The notes under the pieces: generated by a model
What the model was told of the DNA's origin: nothing
Databases searched by the model: none
Seen by the model: only the letters and a program-made list of their open reading frames with translations
Part shown: in pieces, positions 1 to 9,209 of the stretch
Layout: the number at the start of each line of letters is the position of its first letter
Position numbering within the stretch: the first letter of the stretch is position 1
Program-made: the position numbers and the translations under genes
Source of the DNA: a virus
Lineage: Duplodnaviria > Heunggongvirae > Uroviricota > Caudoviricetes
IMG/VR virus record: IMGVR_UViG_2537561603_000005
DNA: 39,099 bases
Strand: one strand, 5' to 3'

Positions 1-267
1 ATGAGGGTATCCAGACAAGCATCGAATAATTTGTTTGTTCGAGAGGGGTGTGACTGGTCTGCTAAAGCGGTATATGCAGCCCTTGAAAACAAAGGCACAG
101 ACCTCCCTGAACTGGAAAGGGAGTTAGGATTAAAAAGCGGATCAATGCGCAACGTGTTTTACCGCCAGTGCCGTAAGTACGAAGCCGCCATCGCCGAAAA
201 AATAGGGGTTGAACCTGCTGTAATCTGGCCCAGCAGATACCAGGTGGACGCCAGAGAAGTGGCCTGA
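1..267 (+). CDS. ner: Ner-like DNA-binding early regulator
   Basis: 88-aa ORF ending ...EPAVIWPSRYQ, matching the conserved C-terminus recalled for Mu Ner; lies immediately upstream of the transposase with ATGA stop/start overlap. Confidence 0.75.
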   Translation: MRVSRQASNNLFVREGCDWSAKAVYAALENKGTDLPELERELGLKSGSMRNVFYRQCRKYEAAIAEKIGVEPAVIWPSRYQVDAREVA

Positions 268-2369
268 TGGAGGGATGTATGTGGGTAACAGCAAAAGAAT
301 GTGTTGGTCTTCCTGATTTACCAATGATGGAACATAACATTCGCCATAGACTCACAAAAGCAGCTGCTGGAAATGCAGCCATGTTACGCAAACGTAAGGG
401 AACAAAAGCCATCGAATTTAATATCGATTGTTTGCCTTATTGTGCACAACAAGTATTACGCGAACGTTACGCCCTTCAACTGATGACGCAAAAAGCCGAC
501 GAATCACCGGCTCCGGTGGTGACAAAAGCCAGACGCTCACCTGCCGTGGTTGATGCGGTGGAAGCATATCGCGGATCACCACAACTGATGGTCGAACGCC
601 TCAATGCCCTGACTGAAAACCAGCGCCAGGTGGCCGATGCACGAATCGCGATCGTCAGCGAAGTGATGAAAGTCGCGCAACAACCCGGCTTTAGTTGCGC
701 TAAGGCTATCCGGTTTATCGTTGACAGCCTGGCACGCTCACAACTGGACGAGCGCATTGTGGCAATGGTTGAGACGGCGAACGCCAAAAAGGGAAACCGC
801 CGCGCGTTGAGTGAAATCACGCTGAAACGCTGGATTGCGGCCTTTAACAAGGCGCAGAACGCCGCTGAACGCCTGCTTTTACTGGCACCGGGTAAACGTC
901 AGGAAATAAAAGCCGAAGATATTAACTGGCTGCCCGAATTTCTGGCGCAGTATCGCCAGTCAAACGGCCGACCAATGACCGAGGCTTACGAGGATTTTGT
1001 CGCCGAATGGCAGCACCGGCACGCTGATGAGCCTTATATGCTCGATATCATGCCCTCTTATGACACCATTCGCCGCGCAATGAAGAAACTGCCGGAAGTG
1101 GTGAAACAAAAAGGCCGGGTGACCGGCAGTGAATACCGTCAGCTTGAGGGATTCACGCGCCGCGACTGGTCAAAAATGCCGGTGAATTATGTCTGGATTG
1201 GTGACGGTCACGGCATGAAGCTGAAATGTGCGCACCCGGTTCACGGGCGGCCATTTGCACCGGAAGTAACCTTTGTTATCGACGGTGGCACGCGCTTTGT
1301 GGTGGGCTGGAGCCTTGATCTGGCTGAAAATGTTTTCGCTGTAGCCGGTGCCATACAGCACGGCATTCGCCATCACGGCAAACCGTTTCTGTATTACTCG
1401 GATAACGGTTCCGGGGAAACCGCCGACGTCCTGGATAAGGAAGTTGTGGGGATCCTGCCACGACTGGGGATTAATCACCCGACCGGGATTGCCGGTAATC
1501 CGCAGGGACGGGGCATTATCGAACGGCTTAACCGCACATTACCGATGCGCATAGCCCGTAAATACCGCACCTATTTCGGGAAAGGTGCAGATCGCGAGAC
1601 GTTACGCAAAACCAACCGCGATTTACGCTCGGCATTCAGTGCCCTGCAACAGGGTAAGTGGCTGAACGCCCGGCAGCAGTCAGCGATGCGTGATTTACCG
1701 TCCTGGTCTGAACTGATTGATGCCATTCGTGACGGTGTTGAGTGGTACAACAACCGGCCGCACGATGAATTACCCATGAAGCCGAACGGTAAACATTACA
1801 GCCCGGCGGAGTTCAGAAAAAAACGCCTGGCGGAAGAGGACACGGAAATTGAATGGCTGTCCGATGTTGAGCTGCGGGATATGTTCCGGCCGATGGTGGA
1901 GCGCCCTGTAAGACGCTGTGAAATACGCTGGCTGAATAATATTTACTACGCGCCCGAGCTGCGTGACGAGCATGGCCGTAAGGTACTTATCAGCTATGAC
2001 ATTCATGATGCCGAACGAATTACCGTGCGCCGCCCGGATGGCAGCGTGATTTGCGAGGCGGTATGGGACGGCAATAAACGCGAAGCCTTCCCGGTCAGCG
2101 CGGAATACTACAAACAGCAGCAGCGCCTTAAAGGCATGCGTAAACGCGCAGAGGAAAAAATCCGTGATGCCGAGGATGAGATTGTCAACGTGCTGGAGCA
2201 CAAGCCACAGGAGCCGTGGCTGGAAAATATATACCGCCCTGTGGGTAATACGGTGACCGTTCAGCAACCGGTCGCTGACGATGAACCTGATGAAGAATAC
2301 GAGCGTAATTTCCAGCGGGGATTGCAGCTGCTCGAAGCGAAATTAAAAGAAAATGATCCGCTGGCCTGA
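267..2369 (+). CDS. A: DDE transposase A (MuA-like)
   Basis: 700-aa ORF; N-terminus MEGCMWVTAKECVGLPDLP resembles recalled MuA N-terminus (MELWVSPKECANLPGLP); central acidic-core region (VWIGDGHGMK); position after ner. Confidence 0.9.
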   Translation: MEGCMWVTAKECVGLPDLPMMEHNIRHRLTKAAAGNAAMLRKRKGTKAIEFNIDCLPYCAQQVLRERYALQLMTQKADESPAPVVTKARRSPAVVDAVEAYRGSPQLMVERLNALTENQRQVADARIAIVSEVMKVAQQPGFSCAKAIRFIVDSLARSQLDERIVAMVETANAKKGNRRALSEITLKRWIAAFNKAQNAAERLLLLAPGKRQEIKAEDINWLPEFLAQYRQSNGRPMTEAYEDFVAEWQHRHADEPYMLDIMPSYDTIRRAMKKLPEVVKQKGRVTGSEYRQLEGFTRRDWSKMPVNYVWIGDGHGMKLKCAHPVHGRPFAPEVTFVIDGGTRFVVGWSLDLAENVFAVAGAIQHGIRHHGKPFLYYSDNGSGETADVLDKEVVGILPRLGINHPTGIAGNPQGRGIIERLNRTLPMRIARKYRTYFGKGADRETLRKTNRDLRSAFSALQQGKWLNARQQSAMRDLPSWSELIDAIRDGVEWYNNRPHDELPMKPNGKHYSPAEFRKKRLAEEDTEIEWLSDVELRDMFRPMVERPVRRCEIRWLNNIYYAPELRDEHGRKVLISYDIHDAERITVRRPDGSVICEAVWDGNKREAFPVSAEYYKQQQRLKGMRKRAEEKIRDAEDEIVNVLEHKPQEPWLENIYRPVGNTVTVQQPVADDEPDEEYERNFQRGLQLLEAKLKENDPLA

Positions 2370-2451
2370 AATAAAAAAATAACCCGAGGGGTGACTCAGG
2401 TTATTTGAAGTTTCAGTCTCGGAGAATGCTGTCTCAAGCGAGGTGAATAAT

Positions 2452-3384
2452 ATGACCGATATTAACGATGTAATCAAGACCATTGATGAGCTGATTGATG
2501 GCGGCATACTGACACAGTATGCCATCGCCAGAGAAGCGGGAATTTCCGACGGCACATTATCGGCTTTCCGTAAGGGAAAATATAAAGGCGATAACGCTGC
2601 TGTGGCTGCTTCCCTGCGTTCCTGGTGTGAGAACTGGAATAAACAAAGCGCACTGCCCGAGCCGCCGCAGTTTGTGGAAACGCAGACAGTCCTGGAGCTG
2701 CGCGCACTGTTTCAGGCGGTTCGCCTGATGGGCTGTATTAACGTCATTGTGGGTGTACCGGGTGTGGGTAAAACGGCCACCGCCCGTAATTACTGTCAGG
2801 AGCAACCGAACACCTGGATGATAACCCTGTCTCCCGCGCATTCCAGCGTCACGGAGTGTCTGCTGGAGCTGGCAGAGGAGCTGGGGATTGATTACACCCG
2901 CGCGAACAAAGGGGCATTATCCCGCGCCATCCGTCGTCGCCTGATGGGAACGCGTGGACTGGTGATTGTTGATGAGGCGGATCATCTTGGTATTGACGGT
3001 CTGGAGCAGCTCCGGGCAATCCAGGACGCCACGGGGATCGGGATGGTGCTTATTGGTAACCCGCGCGGGTTGTTTAAAGGTGGACGCCGCGCCTTTGATG
3101 ATTTATCGCGCCTGTTCAGCCGTCTTGCCCGTACAAAACAACTTCGCAAGGCCAAAAAGGCGGATGTGCTGGCCATTGCCAGGGCGTGGGGTATCAGTGG
3201 TGAGGCCGAGCTGGCCGTCATGCAGGCTATCGCTGAAAAGCCGGGAGCGTTACGCGTTCTGACACATACGCTTAACCAGGCGTGGCTCACCGCCAGCGGT
3301 GAAGGCGCGGCGCTGACAGAAAAACATATTAATGCGGCCTTTAAAGAGGTTTATACCAACCCTGAATTACTCTCACAGGTGTGA
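2452..3384 (+). CDS. B: Transposition ATPase B (MuB-like AAA+ protein)
   Basis: Walker A GVPGVGKT, Walker B-like VIVDEADHLG, ALPEPPQFVETQTV block shared with recalled MuB; ATG at 2452 preceded by GAGGTG (track ORF starts at GTG 2443). Confidence 0.85.
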   Translation: MTDINDVIKTIDELIDGGILTQYAIAREAGISDGTLSAFRKGKYKGDNAAVAASLRSWCENWNKQSALPEPPQFVETQTVLELRALFQAVRLMGCINVIVGVPGVGKTATARNYCQEQPNTWMITLSPAHSSVTECLLELAEELGIDYTRANKGALSRAIRRRLMGTRGLVIVDEADHLGIDGLEQLRAIQDATGIGMVLIGNPRGLFKGGRRAFDDLSRLFSRLARTKQLRKAKKADVLAIARAWGISGEAELAVMQAIAEKPGALRVLTHTLNQAWLTASGEGAALTEKHINAAFKEVYTNPELLSQV

Positions 3385-3386
3385 TT

Positions 3387-3608
3387 ATGGCGGTATTTAA
3401 TATTCCTGATATTTACGGACGCTTTTACCTGGTTAATTTCGATAACGTGAAGGTGATTTCACTGGCCGAAAATAAAGAATGTGGCGATTTACTTTTTGAA
3501 TTTAATGACCGCACACGAATGGTGATATCTGCCGGACTTGATCGCGAAGGTGCGACAGAAGTTTACAGCGGAATATGCCGTTCTGTTGGTGCAAAACAAG
3601 TCAGATAA
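3387..3608 (+). CDS. hypothetical early protein
   Basis: Small ORF tightly packed after B in same orientation; ATG overlaps B stop. Confidence 0.45.
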   Translation: MAVFNIPDIYGRFYLVNFDNVKVISLAENKECGDLLFEFNDRTRMVISAGLDREGATEVYSGICRSVGAKQVR

Positions 3609-3620
3609 ACGAGGTGTTAT

Positions 3621-4040
3621 ATGAATACGCAGATACAGCAGGAAATCAATGTTCTCCACAGTTTTCGTGCGTTTAACAACAATGACTGTGAGGTTCGTGA
3701 TTATATCTTTGAATTGATGAACGGTGACGGTGTGTGTTTTCTGTTTATCGACCTGTATCTATGGTATGCAGACCAGCAGTGTGAATCTGTCCGGCAGCGT
3801 TTTTATGTTGGATACTTTAACCATCATGTCTGGGAAAGCCTGCGCTTTGGTTTTCTGATCCAGGGGGATTATCGCCAGGGGTGGCGACACGGTTACTCCA
3901 TCCTTCGGGCAATCATGCGTGGCGAAACCCGAAAAATTCCGGGGATGGGTAAGGTTAATCGCGGCCTCCTGTCAGAGATGGCAGCAGCGCACATGAATCC
4001 ATTACTGATACAACCGGAGTTCACCTATGAATTTGTTTGA
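3621..4040 (+). CDS. hypothetical early protein
   Basis: 139-aa ORF in early operon, operon-style spacing. Confidence 0.5.
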   Translation: MNTQIQQEINVLHSFRAFNNNDCEVRDYIFELMNGDGVCFLFIDLYLWYADQQCESVRQRFYVGYFNHHVWESLRFGFLIQGDYRQGWRHGYSILRAIMRGETRKIPGMGKVNRGLLSEMAAAHMNPLLIQPEFTYEFV

Positions 4041-4257
4041 TTCACTGAATAACGCCCGTCGCCTGACCGAACTTGCCGGTGCGGTACTGGAGCGCAGCAA
4101 ACGCTACCCGCAACGCTTTGCACTGAAAACCACGCCACCGCTAAGCAAGGTTCATGGGACTGGAGAGGAAATTGAAATCACCGTTAAGACCAATGGCCTG
4201 CGCCGCCGTGTAAAAGCCACCCGCATCAGCGGCTGCACGGTTTACTGGGAAGTATGA
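4027..4257 (+). CDS. hypothetical early protein
   Basis: 76-aa ORF overlapping neighbours by a few nt in early operon. Confidence 0.4.
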   Translation: MNLFDSLNNARRLTELAGAVLERSKRYPQRFALKTTPPLSKVHGTGEEIEITVKTNGLRRRVKATRISGCTVYWEV

Positions 4258-4331
4258 AGTTGCTTCATGGTTCGGCTCTGTCATCAGGTCGGACGCCGGG
4301 TCAGTTATCCGAACAAAACGAGGACCAGAGG

Positions 4332-4604
4332 ATGAGTAAAGTCGTACGCATTATTTTCGAATATAGGGAGGACGTTATCCGTAAAAACGCTGATGGAAGC
4401 GTGCACAAGGGGGTAAGTCTGGATATACGGTCAACCGGAATAAAGAAGAAAGATAATGGACCCGCCATGATTTTTGGGGTGGTTATGCTCGCGGAAAGCA
4501 GAAACTTCGCAGAGCTTGTGGCAATGAAAGCCAGTGCATTCATGAAAGACAGGGGCATGGCTTCCGGGGTTATTAACGGTAATGAATTTAATCAGCAGGG
4601 GTAA
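4332..4604 (+). CDS. hypothetical early protein (paralogue 1, N-terminus MSKVVRIIFEY)
   Basis: ATG preceded by GAGGA; N-terminus nearly identical to the next gene. Confidence 0.5.
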   Translation: MSKVVRIIFEYREDVIRKNADGSVHKGVSLDIRSTGIKKKDNGPAMIFGVVMLAESRNFAELVAMKASAFMKDRGMASGVINGNEFNQQG

Positions 4605-4608
4605 TTCC

Positions 4609-4902
4609 ATGAGCAAAGTACGCGTTATTTTTGAATTTAACCACGTAATGCATGACGAAAAGCTGACAGGCAATGACTGTGTTGAAATGCATGAAAAGAT
4701 TGGTGTGGATGTGAAAACAGAACGTGATACGAATAACAGGCCGACGTCACTCTGTGACGTTTATGCAAGTATTCTCCAGTATCACAGTCCTGAAATTATT
4801 CAGTTTCTCTCAGCGGAATTTCAGGCATCTGCACAGGCTTTTGGAGCGGATGCCATCATTAAACGCCACCGCGTGCATAAAGCATCAGGCACACTGCAAT
4901 AA
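4609..4902 (+). CDS. hypothetical early protein (paralogue 2, N-terminus MSKVRVIFEF)
   Basis: ATG 5 nt after previous stop; shared N-terminal motif with upstream gene. Confidence 0.5.
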   Translation: MSKVRVIFEFNHVMHDEKLTGNDCVEMHEKIGVDVKTERDTNNRPTSLCDVYASILQYHSPEIIQFLSAEFQASAQAFGADAIIKRHRVHKASGTLQ

Positions 4903-4913
4903 GGAAAAACAAA

Positions 4914-5444
4914 ATGGCTAAACGCGTTACAAAATTAAAGGCCGCAGCCGAGGCGGCACCGCAGACCCGGGAAGAAGTCAGCCGTGATATCCGCACCCTG
5001 GGAGATATTCAGCGAGAGGCGCTGCGCCTGGAAACAGCGATGAATGATGAAGTGGCAGAAATCACCGCCCGTTATACGCCGCAGATTGAAAATCTTAAAA
5101 AGCAAATCAAAGTGCTTTTTAAAGGGATTCAGGACTGGTGTAAAACCAACCGTGATGAGCTGACGAACGGCGGCAAAACCAAAACTGCCAATCTGACCAC
5201 CGGAACGGTGTCATGGCGGCTGGGAACGCCATCATGCAGCGTCAGCCGTGATGTGGAAGGTGTGATTGACATGCTGCGCCGTATGGGGCTTGAGCAATTC
5301 ATCCGTACGAAAGAGGAAGTGAACAAGGAAGCCGTCCTGGCGGAGCCGGATGCGGTGAAAGGGATTGCCGGTATTAAGGTGAATAAAGGTGCTGAAAGTT
5401 TTTATGTCGAGCCTTTTGAACAGGACGCTGGACTGAATAAATAA
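4914..5444 (+). CDS. gam: Gam host-nuclease inhibitor (Mu Gam / Ku-like)
   Basis: 176 aa; blocks such as RLETAMNDEVAEITARY, NRDELTNGGKTKTANLTTGTVSWR and FIRTKEEVNKEA match recalled Mu Gam. Confidence 0.85.
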   Translation: MAKRVTKLKAAAEAAPQTREEVSRDIRTLGDIQREALRLETAMNDEVAEITARYTPQIENLKKQIKVLFKGIQDWCKTNRDELTNGGKTKTANLTTGTVSWRLGTPSCSVSRDVEGVIDMLRRMGLEQFIRTKEEVNKEAVLAEPDAVKGIAGIKVNKGAESFYVEPFEQDAGLNK

Positions 5445-5589
5445 CACCGAATTAATCAATTAAATATCACTTCATTTTAATTATGGCGCTCGCGTCAGGG
5501 GACTGCTTGCGCCTGAAAACAGAAAATAAGGGTTAAGAAATATTAAATACGTTTATATCGTCATTAATAATGTGGTGGGGAAATAAATC

Positions 5590-6123
5590 ATGATTGATGC
5601 AAAAGTGCTTGAAGGGGTTAAAAACTGGCTGAGTATTTACGGACGTCTGACCTGCGGCATTCTGGCTGAAAAAATGAATATGCCGCCATCCTCGATGGTC
5701 TATTTTCTGCGTGATGCGGTTGATGCAGGCGTGCTGACGGAATGTAACGGTTTTTATGATATTCCGCGTCCCCGCCCGGTGCAGCCGGTTCGTCGCAAAT
5801 GCAGCCAGGAATGTGCGGCTGATGATGTTCAGTGGTGCAGCTTCAGAAAATCCCTGCCGTGGATTGAGGGGCATGATATTCCGTCGATGGCGTGGGAATT
5901 TGCTCAGGGCGTGCTGACCTGTGAAACCGTTTATGTGGTGGCTGAAGTTGATGAGCAGGCCATGAAAGAAGGTGTACCCCAGTTTGTGATGGCGTATATC
6001 GACATACGCCTGGGTGTCATCATCTGCGGTTTAAGCGGCTGGAATATCACCGCGCGTGTTCTACGTTACCTGATTGTTGACCGGACGGCAGCGCCTGCCG
6101 GGATATCTGCGGAGGTGGCGTAA
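5590..6123 (+). CDS. hypothetical early protein
   Basis: 177-aa ORF following a 145-nt AT-rich intergenic gap after gam. Confidence 0.5.
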   Translation: MIDAKVLEGVKNWLSIYGRLTCGILAEKMNMPPSSMVYFLRDAVDAGVLTECNGFYDIPRPRPVQPVRRKCSQECAADDVQWCSFRKSLPWIEGHDIPSMAWEFAQGVLTCETVYVVAEVDEQAMKEGVPQFVMAYIDIRLGVIICGLSGWNITARVLRYLIVDRTAAPAGISAEVA

Positions 6124-6638
6124 TGTTCTTTAAAACATCAAACCCTTCCGCGCTGGCTGCGTGGCAAAAATACCAGCAGGACTGCCAGAAAGTTAAGGAT
6201 GAGGCAAAACACCTTGAGGCCGTGCTGAATGTTGAGTGCCGGTCGGTATTTGTATCCGGTATCAGTGGCTTTTGTTTTAAGGGGCTGAGTTTTACGGATG
6301 ACAAATATCCTTTTCATCGTGATTTATGGCGAAAACCAACTGCGTCGAATGGCTGGAGCTGCACACCGCGCACGTCACGTATCCCTAAAGCCCTGCGTGT
6401 TGCCTCTGATGAACTGAGCAGTCTGTGGTGTGAATATTCGCCCGTCACGTATGCCAGAACCGATGCCCTGTTGTTCTGGCTGGGCATTGACTTCTCAGCA
6501 ATACTGTTTGGCCCCGTGAACTGGTTCTGCGTTGACGATGTGATTTACCTTCAGTGCGAAGATGATTCCGCAAAACGGAAAATGACCGAAATACTGTCTG
6601 ATGAGTTTTATGCTGCTGAAAAGCGAGTCAGGGGGTGA
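6123..6638 (+). CDS. hypothetical early protein
   Basis: 171-aa ORF, start overlaps previous stop. Confidence 0.5.
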   Translation: MFFKTSNPSALAAWQKYQQDCQKVKDEAKHLEAVLNVECRSVFVSGISGFCFKGLSFTDDKYPFHRDLWRKPTASNGWSCTPRTSRIPKALRVASDELSSLWCEYSPVTYARTDALLFWLGIDFSAILFGPVNWFCVDDVIYLQCEDDSAKRKMTEILSDEFYAAEKRVRG

Positions 6639-6641
6639 TGT

Positions 6642-7193
6642 ATGATGATTTTACAACCCATGGGGCGAAAAGGCCGTGCACCCGCTCATGTTAGCGCATG
6701 GACACCTGAAGAAGATGCGCTGCTGATTGCGCTTTATCCATCCACCCCGGTTAAGGATATTGCTGTCAGAGTAAAAAGAAGTTTCTGGGGTGTACATAAC
6801 CGGATTGTTTTATTACGCGGTACTTACCCGGAGTTGCTCAAATGCAAACACCCCAGATTTAAACCTGATGAAGATAAATTTATCCGAAAAAATGCCAGAA
6901 CGATGACCAGCAGGCAAATGGGGGAGTATCTCGGGCGACATCATGACAGCATCCGCTGCCGGGCACGAGTGACTGGCGTCAGCTTAAAAAAGTGTGGTGA
7001 ATTGTTGCCCTTCACCCGTATACCTGACGATGATGTTCGTCTTATTCGTGAATTACGGGATGCTGAATCGCCACGACGTATTACCTTCCGGGAAATAGGC
7101 GAGAAATTTGAATTATCCGAGAGTACGGTGAATTTTATTTATCACCATCGCCGGACTGCCGGGGACGCTGTATTACGGGAGCTAACGCCATGA
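6642..7193 (+). CDS. hypothetical protein with three HTH-like repeats
   Basis: Three internal repeats of a P-[ED]-[ED]-D ... I-x-x-[LI]-x-R pattern (WTPEEDALLIAL / KPDEDKFIRKN / IPDDDVRLIREL). Confidence 0.5.
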   Translation: MMILQPMGRKGRAPAHVSAWTPEEDALLIALYPSTPVKDIAVRVKRSFWGVHNRIVLLRGTYPELLKCKHPRFKPDEDKFIRKNARTMTSRQMGEYLGRHHDSIRCRARVTGVSLKKCGELLPFTRIPDDDVRLIRELRDAESPRRITFREIGEKFELSESTVNFIYHHRRTAGDAVLRELTP

Positions 7194-7519
7194 TAACGAC
7201 CTTATTTGTTGAATCAGATGAACCTCTTGTGTGTGCTGCCGGAATGCCGGTCTGTGGCGGAAAACTGACCGGCGTTTATTTCGGGGATTTACGCGCTTAT
7301 CCCTGGCATTCACTGAATGATGCTTTCCCGCCTGATATGGAGGCTGTCGTGCTGATTGTTCAGTATGGTCACCGACAGGAGCTGCGTATCGGCCATATGG
7401 GGTATGAAGGCTTTTTTGTTGATGAAGAAACCGGAGCCTGCCTTGAAGATGAGGACGGACAGGTGACGCACTGGTGCCATATTTCGGCTTTACCGGAATT
7501 ACGGGAGGTGAATGCGTGA
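7190..7519 (+). CDS. hypothetical early protein
   Basis: 109-aa ORF, start overlaps previous stop. Confidence 0.5.
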   Translation: MITTLFVESDEPLVCAAGMPVCGGKLTGVYFGDLRAYPWHSLNDAFPPDMEAVVLIVQYGHRQELRIGHMGYEGFFVDEETGACLEDEDGQVTHWCHISALPELREVNA

Positions 7520-7866
7520 GAAGTTATATTGATAATGAAAAGCTGGAGACAATAAGCGACTGCCTTAACTTACTGGCAAAAATCAAAGAAGCTATTGAAG
7601 AGATTAAATTTCAGCTTGAATACGCACCATGTGGCAATGATGCATGGCGTAATGCTGCCAGAAAAGCACTGGCTGTCTTTCAGAAACAACGCCGGACGGT
7701 TGAATACCGCCTTGCTGTATTACGCCAGGAGGAAAAGGAAAGAAATATAAGACGTCATGAACGCGTTAATGATTTTCTTGTTCGTGAATTAAAAGAGCGT
7801 GTGCCGGAATCGGTATTTTTTGAATGTGAGGCTATAGCCCGTAGCAAAGCACTGGAAACAGATTAA
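7516..7866 (+). CDS. hypothetical protein (AT-rich block)
   Basis: GTG start after GGGAGGTGA, overlapping previous stop (track ORF begins 7474); AT-rich, coiled-coil-like. Confidence 0.4.
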   Translation: MRSYIDNEKLETISDCLNLLAKIKEAIEEIKFQLEYAPCGNDAWRNAARKALAVFQKQRRTVEYRLAVLRQEEKERNIRRHERVNDFLVRELKERVPESVFFECEAIARSKALETD

Positions 7867-7881
7867 GCAGGCAGGTGAATA

Positions 7882-8190
7882 ATGAGTATTGAATTAAGAT
7901 CGTCTTATGAATATCGAAAAATCCTTATCGCCGGAGGGATGAAACCGGAAGATGCAGAAAAATTCGTTTCTTTTATGGATAAAGAATGTGACAAGCGGGA
8001 TATGCCAGAAATTATTATGGATGACATGATTCTGGATTCAGTTGTGGCGTTAAGTCCGTTATGGATTGTGCATACTCTTGCGGAAATAGCTAAAAGAAGT
8101 GACAAGCAGGCGGCTGTCGCCGCCCTGCGATTACTGGCTGAATTAAGTTGTTCAGTCAATCCCAATACGTTCTTTGACGAACCTGGTTAA
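7882..8190 (+). CDS. hypothetical protein (AT-rich block)
   Basis: 102-aa ORF preceded by AGGTGA; AT-rich. Confidence 0.45.
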   Translation: MSIELRSSYEYRKILIAGGMKPEDAEKFVSFMDKECDKRDMPEIIMDDMILDSVVALSPLWIVHTLAEIAKRSDKQAAVAALRLLAELSCSVNPNTFFDEPG

Positions 8191-8562
8191 CATTGATTTG
8201 GTAACTTCTTTGATTAGATCAAATGGTGCGTCTGTAAACTCCTTTTTGATTCTTTCAAGGATTGGTTTTTTTCTCAGGGCGTTAGCTAAATCATGCCCCT
8301 GCTGGGTAAGCATAATGGGCGTGTTTCTGAAACCAACGCCCAGAGAATGAAAAAAGAAACCAATATATTTGGGTGTTTCTGACTGCATATCACCATTAAC
8401 AATTGAGCCATTATCAGCGAGAAGCATAAGATGAAAAACTTTTTTATCCTTTTCCTCTCCTTCTGCCTCAGCCATGCCCAGATCCTGTAGTGTAAGGAAA
8501 GGTGTTTCAGTATCCTGAAAAGTTGTGAGAATACTTAATACTTCATCGTAATCTATTTTCAT
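8152..8562 (-). CDS. hypothetical protein, reverse-oriented accessory gene
   Basis: 136-aa ORF on the opposite strand to the whole early operon; markedly AT-rich; 3' end converges on and overlaps the previous + gene. Confidence 0.5.
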   Translation of the reverse strand: MKIDYDEVLSILTTFQDTETPFLTLQDLGMAEAEGEEKDKKVFHLMLLADNGSIVNGDMQSETPKYIGFFFHSLGVGFRNTPIMLTQQGHDLANALRKKPILERIKKEFTDAPFDLIKEVTKSMLTRFVKERIGID

Positions 8563-8626
8563 ACCGATACCTTTAGTTTTATCCGGGCGGCGTTGCCATG
8601 CCGCCTGTTGTTACGGAGACACGATA

Positions 8627-9139
8627 ATGAATCGCGCTTCCCTGATTACCTTAATACATGTCGCAAAACGCGATCTACAGCTTGACCATGAAACCTATAC
8701 ATCCGTGCTGCTGGCAGCCACCGGCAAACCCAGTTGCCGGGATATGTCACCGGATGAGTTATCCCGCGTGCTGGATGTTTTCAAAAAACGCGGTTTTAAA
8801 GTTCGTCAGAAACCGGTTAACCGGGCCTTAAAACCGGGTACGGTGACCGCCAAAATTCGCGCCATCTGGAAAGTGATGCACCGGCAGGGCTTTATCGCTG
8901 ATGGCGGGGAAAACGCCCTTAACTGCTGGGTGAAATCGCAGACGGCCGCGCAGAACGGCGGTGAAGGTGTGGCTAACTGGCAGTGGCTGGAGCAACACCC
9001 CGCACTGGCCTCTGATGTGCTGGAGCGTCTCAAACGCTGGCACCGCCGCAAAATGCTGGATGTGCTGGGGATGTCAGCGCGTACAGTGATAAGTTATGAG
9101 CGCGTTTGCAGGCTGTATAAAAAATCATTCCCCCGTTAA
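8627..9139 (+). CDS. gemA: GemA-like protein (Mu gp16 family)
   Basis: N-terminus MNRASLITLIHVAKRDLQLDHETYTSVLLAATGKPSCRDMS matches the gp16/GemA family pattern as recalled; position before the activator gene. Confidence 0.65.
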   Translation: MNRASLITLIHVAKRDLQLDHETYTSVLLAATGKPSCRDMSPDELSRVLDVFKKRGFKVRQKPVNRALKPGTVTAKIRAIWKVMHRQGFIADGGENALNCWVKSQTAAQNGGEGVANWQWLEQHPALASDVLERLKRWHRRKMLDVLGMSARTVISYERVCRLYKKSFPR

Positions 9140-9143
9140 CTCC

Positions 9144-9176
9144 AAATCCCGCCACAGCGCGGGATTTTTATTTTAA
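9144..9176 (+). terminator. Rho-independent terminator after gemA
   Basis: 9-bp stem AAATCCCGC / GCGGGATTT with 6-nt loop followed by TTTTTATTTT. Confidence 0.7.
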
Positions 9177-9209
9177 ACTTGCCCTGTGTAATGATGACCG
9201 GAGGCGGGT

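Noticed and set aside
1770-2267. 165-aa minus-strand ORF inside the transposase gene
   Set aside because: Antisense to the MuA-like coding sequence; no independent support.
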